Positions 16,861 to 25,985 of a stretch of 64,000 nt of DNA are shown one piece after another. The stretch comes from an uncultured delta proteobacterium (GTDB taxonomy: Bacteria; Myxococcota; Myxococcia; Myxococcales; 40CM-4-68-19), in contig CAIWCD010000032.1 in NCBI GenBank assembly GCA_903911145.1, forward strand, positions 2,448 to 66,447, in the 5' to 3' direction. The notes below the pieces were generated by a model. The model saw nothing but the letters and a program-made list of their open reading frames with translations, did no database searches and had not been told where the DNA came from. Position numbers and translations under genes: made by a program. Position 1 is the stretch's first letter, and each line of letters opens with the position of its first letter.

Positions 16861-19800
16861 GCGCGGGATGCGATTGCGACGCCGAGCGATACAGGCCAGC
16901 GCGCGCCGCGCATTGCCATCGTCGGCATGGCGTCGATCTTTCCGGGCGCACCCGATCTCGAGAGCTTCTGGCGCAACATCGTGACTGGCGCGGATGCGGT
17001 GACCGAGGTTCCGCGCGCGCGCTGGAATCCCGAGGCCTACTTTGATCCCGCGGGCGCAGGTGACAAGACGCCGTCGAAGTGGGGCGGCTTCATTCCCGAG
17101 ATCGCGTTCGATCCTGCTGCCTACGGAATTCCTCCGCGCTCGCTTGCGGCCATCGAGCCGGTGCAGTTGCTCGCACTCGAGGTGTCGCGGCGTGCGCTCG
17201 GTGACGCGGGATATCTCTCTCGCGAATTCGAACGCGAGCGCACGAGCGTCATCTTCGGTGCCGAAGCGGGAACAGATCTCTCTGCCGCATATGGCTTTCG
17301 CGCCAGCTATCGGAGCCTGCTCGGCGAGATGCCTGAGGCGCTCGACCAGACGCTGCCGAAGCTCACGGAAGATTCCTTCGCGGGCATTCTCACCAACGTG
17401 ATCGCGGGCCGGATCGCGAACCGGCTCGACCTTGGTGGCGTGAACTACACGGTCGATGCGGCCTGCGCCTCGAGCCTCGCGGCGGTCGATCTCGCCTGCA
17501 AGGAGCTCGCGGCGGGCGAGACCGACATGGTCGTTTGCGGCGGCGCCGATCTGCACAACGGCATCGCTGACTACCTGATGTTCGCGAGCGTGCACGCGCT
17601 CTCGCCGACGGGCCGCTGCCGCACGTTCGATGCGACCGCCGATGGAATCGCACTCGGCGAAGGGGTCGCGGCGATCGTGCTCAAGCGCGTCGAAGATGCA
17701 GAGCGCGACGGCGATCGGATCTACGCGGTGATCGAAGGCGTGGGCGGCTCGTCGGATGGCAAGAGCCTCGGGCTCACGGCTCCGCGCAAAGAGGGACAGA
17801 CGCGCGCGCTCGAGCGGGCTTATCGGCGTGCAGGCGTTTCGCCGAAGGACGTCGAGCTCGTCGAGGCTCACGGCACCGGCACGGTCGTCGGCGATCGGAC
17901 GGAGCTCGCGACGCTGACGGAGATCTTCGGTGGCGCGGGAGCGGCTCCCGGACTGGTCACGCTCGGTTCGGTGAAGTCGAACATCGGCCACACCAAGTGC
18001 GCGGCGGGTCTCGCTGGTGTCATCAAGTCCGCACTCGCGATCCACCGCCGCGTGCTGCCGCCGACGATCCACCTCAAGCGGCCCAATCCCGGTTGGGACG
18101 CGGAGACGAGCCCGTTCGTGTTTCGCGAGCGCGCAGTCGCGTGGACGAGCGAGCGGCGTCGCGCGGGCGTGAGCGCGTTTGGCTTTGGCGGCACGAATTT
18201 CCACGTCGTCCTCGCGGAGCACGCGGGCAGCGCGGCACCTGAGAGTGGTCTGCACGACTGGCCGTGCGAACTGTTCGTCATTCGTGGCGAGACGCGCGCG
18301 GACGCCGACGCGCTCTGCGCGCAGCTCGCGAGCCTGGCGAAGAGCGGAGCGCCGTGGCGGCTTCGCGATCTCGCGTTCAACGCAAATCGCGCCGGATCAG
18401 GACAGGCGCGGGCCTCCTTCCTCGCTCGCGATCTGAACGAACTCGCCGATCGCGCCACGCGGGCGCAGGGCCTGACGAAGTCGGGCGAGGGAATCTTCGT
18501 CGATGATCTGGCGCCGCTCTCGGGCGGCAAGCTCGCGGTCCTCTTCCCGGGCCAGGGAAGTCAGAAGCCGGGGATGCTCGACGAGCTCTTCGTCGCCTTC
18601 CCGTGGCTGCAGACGACGCTCTCTCGCGCGCAGCGTCTCTCGCAGACCATCTATCCTGGCACCGCGTTTTCGCCCGAGATCCGGGCCGCGCAGAAGGCCG
18701 CCATCACCGACACGCGCGTCGCGCAGCCCGCGCTGGGCATGGTCGATCTCGCCGCCGTGAAACTTCTCGAGGCCTGCGGCGTGCGCGGAGAACTCCTCGC
18801 GGGCCACAGCTATGGCGAACTGGTCGCGCTCTCTGTCGCAGGCGTGTTCGACGACGCAGCGCTGCTCTCCATGTCTCACGCGCGCGCGAAGGCGATCCTC
18901 GATGCAGCCGCCGGCGCACCGGGCACGATGGCCGCAGTGAAGGCAAGCCGCGCGGATGTTGAGCGAGCGCTTGCCGGCGTCGCGAATGTCGTGCTCGCCA
19001 ATCACAACTCTCCCGACCAGATCGTCATCGCCGGACCGGTCGAGGCTGTCGATGAAGCAGTCGCGAAGCTGTCGCTCGCGAAGATCGCCGCCAAGCGCAT
19101 TCCGGTGGCCTGCGCGTTTCACAGCCCGGTCGTCGCCGCCGGTGCCGACGCGTTCCTGCGCGAGCTCGAGAAGGTTTCGTTCAGCGAGCCTTCGCGAGTG
19201 GTCTTCGCCAACACCACCGCCGCTCCCTACCCGCGCGAACCTGCGCAAAGCCGCGCCCAGCTTGCTCGCCAGCTCGCCGAGCCTGTCCGTTTCGCCGAGC
19301 AGATCGAAGCGATGTACGCAGCGGGTGCGCGCATCTTCGTCGAGGCCGGACCAGGCCAGGTGCTCTCTGATCTCGTCCGCAGAAATCTCGGAACGCGGCC
19401 GTTTCTCAGTGTCGCGCTCGATTCAGGCGAAGGCTCGCTGGCGTCGTTGCTCCAATTGCTCGCGCGTCTTGCGACCGCGGGCGTTCCCGTTGAACTCGCG
19501 CCGCTCTTTGCTGGACGCGATGCGGCCCTCTTCGATCTCTTCGCGCCGAAGGCGACCGATTCGCACAGCCCGCCGCTGACGGCCTGGATGGTCAACGGCC
19601 AGACTGCGCGGCCGCTGCGTGGGCCGCTGCCCGATTTCGCGATGAAGCCGCTGCTCGAGCCGATTCGCCTGACGCCAGTTGTTGCTCCCGCGCCCGAGAG
19701 TGGCGATGAGCGGCAGGCGGCAGTGCTCGACTATCTGCGCAACATGCGCGAACTGGTCGCCGGCCAGAAAGAGGTGATGCTGCGTCTGCTCGGCACTGCG

Positions 19801-21684
19801 CCGACGGACGCTTCTGCACAGCCCACGGTGATCAACGCGACCGCGACGCGCACGGAATCATTGGTACTCAAAGCATCTGTCGTGTCGTCCTCTCCTGGCG
19901 CGGATGCGAGCGCACTCGTCGTTCCGCAGCGCCCACCGCTCGAGACGCTGATCGGGATTGTCAGCGAGCGCACCGGCTATCCCGCCGACGTGCTCGATCC
20001 CGACCTCGATCTCGAAGCGGAGCTGGGCGTCGATTCGATCAAGCGCATCGAGATCCTCGGGCTGCTTTCCGAGCGGCTCGGACTCGGGATGGGCCGCGGT
20101 GGCGCGAGCGCAGATCTGATCGAAGAGCTCAGCCAGGTGAAGACGCTGCGCGGGATCGCGCGCTGGCTTGAGGCGCGCGATGCAAACAGCGCGGCGAAGG
20201 CCACCGTGATTGCAGAGACGCCGCCCGCGGAACTGCCGCCCGGGCGCGTCGTCGCCGATGAAATTCCTCTCGAGACCGTGCGGCGCTTCGTGCTCCGAAG
20301 GGCGCCGTTGCCGCCTGCGGTGCCGAACGGATTCAAGCTCGATCAGCGCCGCTTCCTCATCACCGACGACGGACGCGGTGTGGCGGTCGCGCTCGCGAAA
20401 CTGCTCACGCAGCTTGGCGCGGTCGCTGAGGTTGTGGCGAAGCGGCCGCCGAGTGCGGAGAGTCCGGCCGCGATCGATGGCGTGATCCATCTCGGGATGC
20501 TCGCGCCGCACGACGGAGAAGATCCGCGCGCGGCTCTCTTCGAGCTTGCGCGCGCAGCGGCGCTCGGCGGCGCGCAGTGGCTGCTCGCGATCACCGGGCA
20601 GAGCGGCGCTCTCGGGTCGGTGCCGACACACGGTGGAGCCGCGGCACTCTTGAAATCGGTCGCGCGCGAGTGGCCGCAACTGCGCTGCCGCGCCGTCGAT
20701 CTCGATCCGACGCGCTCGCCCGATGCGCTAGCCGCGCTGATTCTCGGCGAGCTGCTTGGTCACGACGATTCGGTGCAGGTCATCCACGACGGCGCAGGTC
20801 GCGCGACGCAGCTTCCGATCGAGGCCGCGCTCGAGGGAGAAGCCGTCGCGCCGTTTGCCAAAGGCGATGTCGTGCTGATCACCGGCGGCGGGCGCGGCAT
20901 CACGGCGGGCGCGGCTGTCGCGATCGCCGAGCGCTATGGCTGCGCGGTCGAGTTGGTCGGTCGCTCGCCTCTGCCTGCTGCCGAGGATTCCGCGCTCGCG
21001 TCCTGCGCCGATGCTCCGGCACTGCGGCGGCATTTCCTCGCTCACCTCGAGGGGGCAACGCCAGCGCGCGTGGAGGCTGCCGTGCAGCGCGCGCTCGCTG
21101 ATCGGCAGATCCGCGCGACGATCTCGGCGATCGCGAAGACGGGCGTGCCGCATCGCTACCACGCGCTCGACGTGCGCGACGCGGCCGCGTTCGGCGCGCT
21201 CATCGACGACATCTATGCGCGCCACGGACACCTCGATGTGGTGATCCACGGCGCAGGCGTGATTGAAGACAAGCTGCTCAAGCACAAGACGCGCGAGTCG
21301 TTCGATCGCGTCTTCGAAACGAAGGTTGCTGGCGCATCGGTGCTCGCGAACAAGCTGCGCGCGGGCTGCCGCGTCGTTTTCTTCTCTTCGATCGCGGGCA
21401 CGTTCGGAAACCGCGGGCAGCTCGACTACGCGGCGGCCAACGAAGCGCTCGATCACCTCGCGCACCACTTTGCTGCGAGCGGACGGCGCGCGGTCTCGGT
21501 CGCGTGGGGGCCCTGGGGCGGGACCGGCATGGTCTCGGCGGAGCTCGAGCGCGAATACGCAAGGCGCGGTGTTGGCCTGATTCCTCCGGCGGCAGGATTC
21601 GATCGGCTCTTCGACGAGCTCGCGCGCGGTCGCGACGCGCAGGTGATCCTGATGTGCGCCACACCCGAGAGGCTCGAGGGGTGA
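15004..21684 (+). CDS. Iterative PUFA/HglE-like type I polyketide synthase, ER(NMO/PfaD-like)-KS-AT-ACP-KR
   Basis: 2226 aa. Motifs: IAQGPMTRVSD (NMO); DAACASSLAAV, EAHGTGTVVGD, KSNIGHTKCAAG (KS); FPGQGSQKPGM, GHSYGE (AT); LGVDSIKRIE (ACP); ITGGGRGIT (KR). Confidence 0.93.
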   Translation: MHAHRIVAVTPFELPDLRLAAALGRAGALSVLDLGRDREAAKLALAQLAKEPSRGEFGVRLVASVLIEPAELPARIGTVIVASAEQVSRFRPRAVFVECSTVAAARAAQAAGADAIIAVGSESAGPFSEETAYVLLQHLVAAQITLPIYLRGGIGLHTAAAAIAGGAAGVVLDSQLALLAESSASPAIRQQIGAMDGSETVIVEGRRRLVRPSAPGQPAPAEAEALVVGQDASFARALAERFRTAANLVSGIDQAIDAHLRQSCALNPLAPESRWAKQHNLRYPIAQGPMTRVSDRASFALAVAEGGALPFLALSLMRAKEARPLLEETRARLGSLAWGVGVLGFVPAELRDEQLALLREFKPPVVLIAGGRPAQARPLEDAGIQTYLHVPSPGLLDLFVKEGARRFVLEGRECGGHVGPRSSFVLWESAIERLAADPHAGEMSILFAGGIHDARSTAMVAAASAPLAGRGARIGVLMGTSYLFTHEAVSSGAILPGFQSEAIACEETVLLDTAPGHSTRCAETDYVRAFRAEQTRLAAEGKDSREAWEALEKLNLGRLRIAAKGIVRDGEKLELVGESEQRKSGMYMMGQVAALRERTLSIRELHAEVSEGGARMLQAARDAIATPSDTGQRAPRIAIVGMASIFPGAPDLESFWRNIVTGADAVTEVPRARWNPEAYFDPAGAGDKTPSKWGGFIPEIAFDPAAYGIPPRSLAAIEPVQLLALEVSRRALGDAGYLSREFERERTSVIFGAEAGTDLSAAYGFRASYRSLLGEMPEALDQTLPKLTEDSFAGILTNVIAGRIANRLDLGGVNYTVDAACASSLAAVDLACKELAAGETDMVVCGGADLHNGIADYLMFASVHALSPTGRCRTFDATADGIALGEGVAAIVLKRVEDAERDGDRIYAVIEGVGGSSDGKSLGLTAPRKEGQTRALERAYRRAGVSPKDVELVEAHGTGTVVGDRTELATLTEIFGGAGAAPGLVTLGSVKSNIGHTKCAAGLAGVIKSALAIHRRVLPPTIHLKRPNPGWDAETSPFVFRERAVAWTSERRRAGVSAFGFGGTNFHVVLAEHAGSAAPESGLHDWPCELFVIRGETRADADALCAQLASLAKSGAPWRLRDLAFNANRAGSGQARASFLARDLNELADRATRAQGLTKSGEGIFVDDLAPLSGGKLAVLFPGQGSQKPGMLDELFVAFPWLQTTLSRAQRLSQTIYPGTAFSPEIRAAQKAAITDTRVAQPALGMVDLAAVKLLEACGVRGELLAGHSYGELVALSVAGVFDDAALLSMSHARAKAILDAAAGAPGTMAAVKASRADVERALAGVANVVLANHNSPDQIVIAGPVEAVDEAVAKLSLAKIAAKRIPVACAFHSPVVAAGADAFLRELEKVSFSEPSRVVFANTTAAPYPREPAQSRAQLARQLAEPVRFAEQIEAMYAAGARIFVEAGPGQVLSDLVRRNLGTRPFLSVALDSGEGSLASLLQLLARLATAGVPVELAPLFAGRDAALFDLFAPKATDSHSPPLTAWMVNGQTARPLRGPLPDFAMKPLLEPIRLTPVVAPAPESGDERQAAVLDYLRNMRELVAGQKEVMLRLLGTAPTDASAQPTVINATATRTESLVLKASVVSSSPGADASALVVPQRPPLETLIGIVSERTGYPADVLDPDLDLEAELGVDSIKRIEILGLLSERLGLGMGRGGASADLIEELSQVKTLRGIARWLEARDANSAAKATVIAETPPAELPPGRVVADEIPLETVRRFVLRRAPLPPAVPNGFKLDQRRFLITDDGRGVAVALAKLLTQLGAVAEVVAKRPPSAESPAAIDGVIHLGMLAPHDGEDPRAALFELARAAALGGAQWLLAITGQSGALGSVPTHGGAAALLKSVAREWPQLRCRAVDLDPTRSPDALAALILGELLGHDDSVQVIHDGAGRATQLPIEAALEGEAVAPFAKGDVVLITGGGRGITAGAAVAIAERYGCAVELVGRSPLPAAEDSALASCADAPALRRHFLAHLEGATPARVEAAVQRALADRQIRATISAIAKTGVPHRYHALDVRDAAAFGALIDDIYARHGHLDVVIHGAGVIEDKLLKHKTRESFDRVFETKVAGASVLANKLRAGCRVVFFSSIAGTFGNRGQLDYAAANEALDHLAHHFAASGRRAVSVAWGPWGGTGMVSAELEREYARRGVGLIPPAAGFDRLFDELARGRDAQVILMCATPERLEG
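16905..18225 (+). other. PKS1 domain: ketosynthase (active-site Cys codon 17463..17465)
   Basis: From RIAIVGMASIFPGAPDLESFWRNI through GFGGTNFHVVLAEH; Cys/His/His triad present. Confidence 0.9.
18530..19380 (+). other. PKS1 domain: acyltransferase
   Basis: LAVLFPGQGSQKPGM, GHSYGELVAL, AFHSP. Confidence 0.85.
19936..20175 (+). other. PKS1 domain: single in-line ACP (Ser codon 20035..20037)
   Basis: DLEAELGVDSIKRIEILGLL. Confidence 0.85.
20330..21650 (+). other. PKS1 domain: ketoreductase (PfaA-type)
   Basis: VVLITGGGRGITAGAA, VIHGAGV, SSIAGTFGNRGQLDYAAAN. Confidence 0.8.
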
Positions 21685-24600
21685 CGGGCGAGAACGATGT
21701 CGCGATCGTCGGGATGGCGTGCCTCTTTCCGGGCGCGGCCGATCTCGCGCAGTTCGCGTCGAACCTGGGCGCGGGTGTCGACGCGATCTCGGAGGTGCCC
21801 GCGGGGCGCTGGGACCCGATCTTCTTCGATCCGGCCTCGCACGCGACCGATCGCTTCTATTGCAAGCGCGGCGGTTTCGTCGACGAAGAGGCCTGGTTCG
21901 ACGCGATCGCGCATGGCGTGATGCCGGTCGCGGCAGCCGCGGCAGAGCCTGACCAGCTGCTCGCGCTCGAGATTGCCCACCGTGCGCTTGTTGATGCGGG
22001 CCTTGCTGGGCGCGACTTTGATCGCTCTCGCGCAGGTGTGATCCTCGGCCGAGGCAGCTATCCGGGCGCGGGCCGGACGCGGCTTGATCAGCACGTGCGC
22101 GGAGCCGAGCAGCTCGTGCGCGCGCTGCGCCGTCTCGCGCCTCATCTCGACGAGAAGGCGCTCGCCGAAGTGAAGCGGGACTTTCAATCGCAGCTTGCGG
22201 CTGCTGGTCCCGACGCGGCGATCGGCCTGGTTCCGAATCTTGCTGCCTCGCGCATCGCGCACCGTCTCGATCTGCGCGGTCCCGCGTGGACCGTCGACGC
22301 CGCCTGCGCGAGTGCGCTCATCGCGGTCGAGCAGGCGACGTGGGCGCTGCGTGCGAAGCGGCTCGATCTGGTGCTCTGTGGCGGCGTGCATTTCTGCCAG
22401 GACGAAGCGTTCTGGAGCGTCTTTTCGCAGCTCGGCGCGCTCAGCCGCGCGCAGTCGATCCGTCCCTTCAGCGCCGCGGCAGACGGCCTCCTGATCGGCG
22501 AAGGTGCAGGCATCGTTGCGCTCGTGCGGCGCGAGGATGCCGAGAAGATGGGGCTGCGAATCTATGCGTTGATTCGCGGTGTCGGCAGCTCGTCGGACGG
22601 TCGCGGCGCGAGCCTGATGAGCCCGGCAGTCGAAGGACAGATCGCAGCGCTGGGCCACGCCTGGCGCGATGCGCAGCTCGATCCGGCGACGGCTGGGATG
22701 GTCGAAGCGCACGGAACCGCGACGCCGACCGGTGATGCTGCCGAACTCGAAACCCTGCGCGTCGTCTTCGGTGAAGCGCGCGGCGTCGAGCGGGCCGCGC
22801 TCGGTTCGGTGAAGTCGATGATCGGCCACACCATGCCGGCGGCTGGCGCGGCGGGACTGATCAAGGCCGCGCTCTCGCTGCACCAGCAAACGCTGCATCC
22901 ATCGTTGCACTGCGAAGAGCCGAACCCCGCGCTCGCGGCCACGCGCTTTCGGGTGCTGTCCAAAGCGGAGCCGTGGATCGGCGCGAACCCGCGGCGCGCG
23001 GGCGTGAGCGCGTTTGGCTTCGGCGGAATCAACGCCCACGTCGTGCTCGAAGAGGCTCCCGCGAGCGCGACTCCACGCGCGAAGATCGCAGCCCGTCCGC
23101 GCGCGACGCAGCATCTCCTTCTGCTCGCTGCGGCCGATCCCCAGGCGCTTTCACGCACGCTCGACGATCTCCCGCAAGGACCGCTGGGCCGCGCTGGGAG
23201 CGGGCCGTGGCGAATCGCGATCGTCGATCCGACGCACGAGCGGATCGCGAAAGCGAAGCAGGTGATCGAGCGCGGCAAGGCCTGGCGCGGCCGGGATGGG
23301 ATCTACTTTGGCGCTGGAGGAAATCTCGCGACGTCTTCTGGCATCGCGTTTCTCTATCCGGGCGTCGACACGGCCCAGAAGCTGCGCCTCGCAGAGGTGG
23401 CCGCGCACTTCTCGATGAGCGTGTCGCCCGATGCGCTCGGTGATTCGATCGAGCACCAGGGGATCGCGCTGGTCGAGGCGGGGCGCGTGCTCACGCACGC
23501 TCTTTCTGAACTCGGCGTGAAGCCGGCGCTCGCGATCGGACATTCGGTTGGCGAGTGGACGGCGATGATCGCCGCAGGAATGCTGCGCGAGGATCAGTTC
23601 GCGCCGTTTCTCGAGCGGGCGCGCAGCGAACGACTCGAGGTGCCGGGCGTCGCCTTTGCCGCGCTGGGCGCAAGCGCGCAGAGGGCCGAGTCGCTGCTCG
23701 AAGGCCTGCTGCACGTCGCGGTCTCGCACGACAACTGCCCGCATCAAGTCATCCTCTGCGGCGTCGACGCTGCCGTCGATGAGGCGCTGCGGCGCGCTCG
23801 TGCAGCCGGTCTTCTCGGACAGAAGCTCCCCTTTCGCTCCGGCTTCCACTCGCCGCTCTTCGCTCCATACTTGAGCGCGCACCGCGAGAGCTTCGCGGCT
23901 CTCGCCCTACAGCCGCCTGCGTTTCCGCTCTGGTCGGCGACGAGCTGCGCGCCGTTTCCGCACGACGCAGAGGCGGTCCGCGAGCTCGCGCTGCGCCACC
24001 TCGTCGAGCCGGTGCGCTTTCGCGAGTTGATACGCAACACCTACGCCGCGGGCGCGCGCATCTTCGTGCAGCTCGGGCCGGGGAGCGCGACGGGCTTTGT
24101 CGAGGACACGCTGCGCGGTGAACCGCATGCGGCGATCTCCGCGTGCGCGCAGGATCGAGGAGGCCTCGAGCAGCTCTGGCGTGTCGCTGCGCTGCTCTTC
24201 GCCGAAGGGGCCGACGTCAACGCGGAGCGTCTGCTTCCTCTCGAGGAGCGCCGCACGCGCGCACGAAGTGGACCGCTTCGGCTCAATCTCGGTGTGCCGT
24301 TGGTCGAGCTGCACGAACGTCTCCAGCCGTCGCCGCGCGAGGTGATGCCGGCAACGAATCCTCTGCGGACCGCTCCTGGCGCGGGCGGGCGCGATCCACT
24401 CTCCGCCGCGTTCCACGATCTGCTCGCCGAGGTCCAGAGCGCTTCGGCCGACGTGGTCGCGAAGCTCGCGGAAGCTCCGCAGGCTCCGCAGGCTCCGCAG
24501 GCTCCGCAGGCTCCGCGCCGCGTCGTGCGCCGTCTCTCGGTGGAGACGCACCCGTGGTTGCTCGATCACACGTTCTTCCGCCAGCCGCCCGGCTGGAAGG

Positions 24601-25985
24601 TCGCGAGCGATCGCCATCCCGTCGTGCCGATGACGACGACGATCAAGATGATGATGGACGAGGCCGCGCTGCTCTCGCCGGGCCGCATTCCCGTCGCGGT
24701 CGAGGACGTCAGTGCCTACCGCTGGCTTGCGGTCGGCGCGCCCACCGACGTCACCTTCGAGTTGACCCCACGCGGCCCCGATCGCGTTCACGTCGCGGCG
24801 CTCGGATACGCCGAGGCGACAATTGTTGTTTCTGACAACTATCCGGCCGCGCCACCTCTTCCTGCTGCGCCGAGCGGCGGGCGCGCATCGACGATCAGCG
24901 CATCCGAGATGTATGCGCAGCGCTGGATGTTCCACGGCCCGCTCTACCAGGGCGTGAAGGCGATCGGCCCGCTGCGAGACGATGGGATCAGCGGCGAGAT
25001 CGTGACTGGCGAATCGCCCGGTGCACTGCTCGACAACGCGGGCCAGCTCTACGGCTTCTGGGTCATGCAGCGCGCGACCGAAGATCGTCTGGCGATGCCG
25101 ACGGGCGTTTCGCGCATGCGCTTCTTTGGACCGCACCCAGAGCCAGGTTCCCGCGTTTCGTGCGACGTGCGCATCCGCACCTTTGATGCGCGCCGGGTGG
25201 TGGCGGACCTGGCGCTCGTCGTTCAGGGCCGCGTCTGGTGCGCGATCGAGGCGTGGGAGGATCGCCGCTTCGATTCCGATGAGCGGCTCTGGAATTCGCT
25301 GATCTGGCCCGAGCGATCAGCTCTTGCGGAGACGATCGCCGAAGTTGCCTTGAGCCGCGGGACCGCGCTGGTCGTGCAGTTCCGCGACACCTACCGCGCG
25401 GCTCCAACGCGTGAGCAGCTCTACCGGCGCTATCTCGGTGAAGCAGAACGCGCCGAGTACGACGCACTCTCTCCGCGCAGCCAGCGCTCGTGGCTCAACG
25501 GACGCATCGCTGCCAAGGACGCCGTGCGCGGGCTGCTCAAACAAGTTGGTGTTCAAAACATCTTCCCGATCGAAGTGCGCATCGAAACCGGGCCTGCGGG
25601 CCGTCCGCTCGCGCGCATCGCGGGTGTTCACGACGTGCGCATCTCGATCTCGCACAAAGGTGATCAGGCGGTGGCGATGGCCGCGTTTGGCGAGGACGTC
25701 GGTGTCGATCTCGAGCAGGTTTCTGCGCGGCCCGCCGGTTTTGTCGAGACCGCGTTTCTTCCGGAGGAGCTCGCGCTCAGGCTCGCCGATGAGGACGCGG
25801 ACGAGTTCATGGCGAGGCTCTGGACCGCCAAGGAAGCGGCCGGGAAGCGACAGGGCACAGGCCTCGCCGGCGATCCGAAGCGCTGGCCGATCACCGATCG
25901 CCGGGGCACGACGCTCTTTTGTCGCGGTCAACAAGTTGAGACTCTTCGCAGCTCAGGCATCGTGATCGGATGGACGCAGGGATGA
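21681..25985 (+). CDS. Type I PKS, KS-AT-DH-PPTase
   Basis: GTG at 21681 overlaps the PKS1 stop (GTGA). Motifs: DAACASALIAV, EAHGTATPTGD, KSMIGHTMPAAG (KS); GHSVGEW (AT); HPWLLDHTFF...PVVPM (DH); ISISHKGDQAVA, VGVDLE, WTAKEAAGK (Sfp-type PPTase). Confidence 0.92.
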   Translation: MTGENDVAIVGMACLFPGAADLAQFASNLGAGVDAISEVPAGRWDPIFFDPASHATDRFYCKRGGFVDEEAWFDAIAHGVMPVAAAAAEPDQLLALEIAHRALVDAGLAGRDFDRSRAGVILGRGSYPGAGRTRLDQHVRGAEQLVRALRRLAPHLDEKALAEVKRDFQSQLAAAGPDAAIGLVPNLAASRIAHRLDLRGPAWTVDAACASALIAVEQATWALRAKRLDLVLCGGVHFCQDEAFWSVFSQLGALSRAQSIRPFSAAADGLLIGEGAGIVALVRREDAEKMGLRIYALIRGVGSSSDGRGASLMSPAVEGQIAALGHAWRDAQLDPATAGMVEAHGTATPTGDAAELETLRVVFGEARGVERAALGSVKSMIGHTMPAAGAAGLIKAALSLHQQTLHPSLHCEEPNPALAATRFRVLSKAEPWIGANPRRAGVSAFGFGGINAHVVLEEAPASATPRAKIAARPRATQHLLLLAAADPQALSRTLDDLPQGPLGRAGSGPWRIAIVDPTHERIAKAKQVIERGKAWRGRDGIYFGAGGNLATSSGIAFLYPGVDTAQKLRLAEVAAHFSMSVSPDALGDSIEHQGIALVEAGRVLTHALSELGVKPALAIGHSVGEWTAMIAAGMLREDQFAPFLERARSERLEVPGVAFAALGASAQRAESLLEGLLHVAVSHDNCPHQVILCGVDAAVDEALRRARAAGLLGQKLPFRSGFHSPLFAPYLSAHRESFAALALQPPAFPLWSATSCAPFPHDAEAVRELALRHLVEPVRFRELIRNTYAAGARIFVQLGPGSATGFVEDTLRGEPHAAISACAQDRGGLEQLWRVAALLFAEGADVNAERLLPLEERRTRARSGPLRLNLGVPLVELHERLQPSPREVMPATNPLRTAPGAGGRDPLSAAFHDLLAEVQSASADVVAKLAEAPQAPQAPQAPQAPRRVVRRLSVETHPWLLDHTFFRQPPGWKVASDRHPVVPMTTTIKMMMDEAALLSPGRIPVAVEDVSAYRWLAVGAPTDVTFELTPRGPDRVHVAALGYAEATIVVSDNYPAAPPLPAAPSGGRASTISASEMYAQRWMFHGPLYQGVKAIGPLRDDGISGEIVTGESPGALLDNAGQLYGFWVMQRATEDRLAMPTGVSRMRFFGPHPEPGSRVSCDVRIRTFDARRVVADLALVVQGRVWCAIEAWEDRRFDSDERLWNSLIWPERSALAETIAEVALSRGTALVVQFRDTYRAAPTREQLYRRYLGEAERAEYDALSPRSQRSWLNGRIAAKDAVRGLLKQVGVQNIFPIEVRIETGPAGRPLARIAGVHDVRISISHKGDQAVAMAAFGEDVGVDLEQVSARPAGFVETAFLPEELALRLADEDADEFMARLWTAKEAAGKRQGTGLAGDPKRWPITDRRGTTLFCRGQQVETLRSSGIVIGWTQG
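21696..23053 (+). other. PKS2 domain: ketosynthase with intact Cys (codon 22305..22307), not a CLF
   Basis: From VAIVGMACLFPGAADL through GFGGINAHVVLEE. Confidence 0.88.
23342..24090 (+). other. PKS2 domain: acyltransferase (Ser codon 23544..23546)
   Basis: IAFLYPGV, GHSVGEWTAM, GFHSPLF, IFVQLGPGS. Confidence 0.8.
24474..24518 (+). repeat. 9-nt tandem repeat (gctccgcag x4 plus a variant copy) encoding the APQAPQAPQAPQAPR interdomain linker
   Basis: Directly visible at 24474 onward, between the AT and DH domains. Confidence 0.9.
24524..25315 (+). other. PKS2 domain: PKS-type dehydratase (catalytic His codon 24567..24569)
   Basis: RRLSVETHPWLLDHTFFRQPPGWKVASDRHPVVPMT. The second hotdog half contains LDNAGQLYGFW. 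Confidence 0.72.
25318..25982 (+). other. PKS2 domain: C-terminal Sfp/EntD-type 4'-phosphopantetheinyl transferase
   Basis: RISISHKGDQAVAMAAFGEDVGVDLEQV ... FMARLWTAKEAAGKRQGTG. Confidence 0.78.

Noticed and set aside
24474-24518. CRISPR-like or other non-coding repeat arrays (also 2747-3063, 14414-14497, 61817-62055)
   Set aside because: All the tandem repeats are in frame within credible CDSs, have periods of 9-39 nt without unique spacers, and encode low-complexity linkers.
15004-25985. Enediyne (PKSE) biosynthetic cluster
   Set aside because: The PPTase fusion is PKSE-like, but the domain set is split over two KS proteins and includes a PfaD-type ER. The conserved enediyne cassette partners (a hotdog thioesterase E10 and the E3/E4/E5-type genes) are not seen, so I favour a PUFA/Hgl-like lipid. 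This should still be tested by KS phylogeny.
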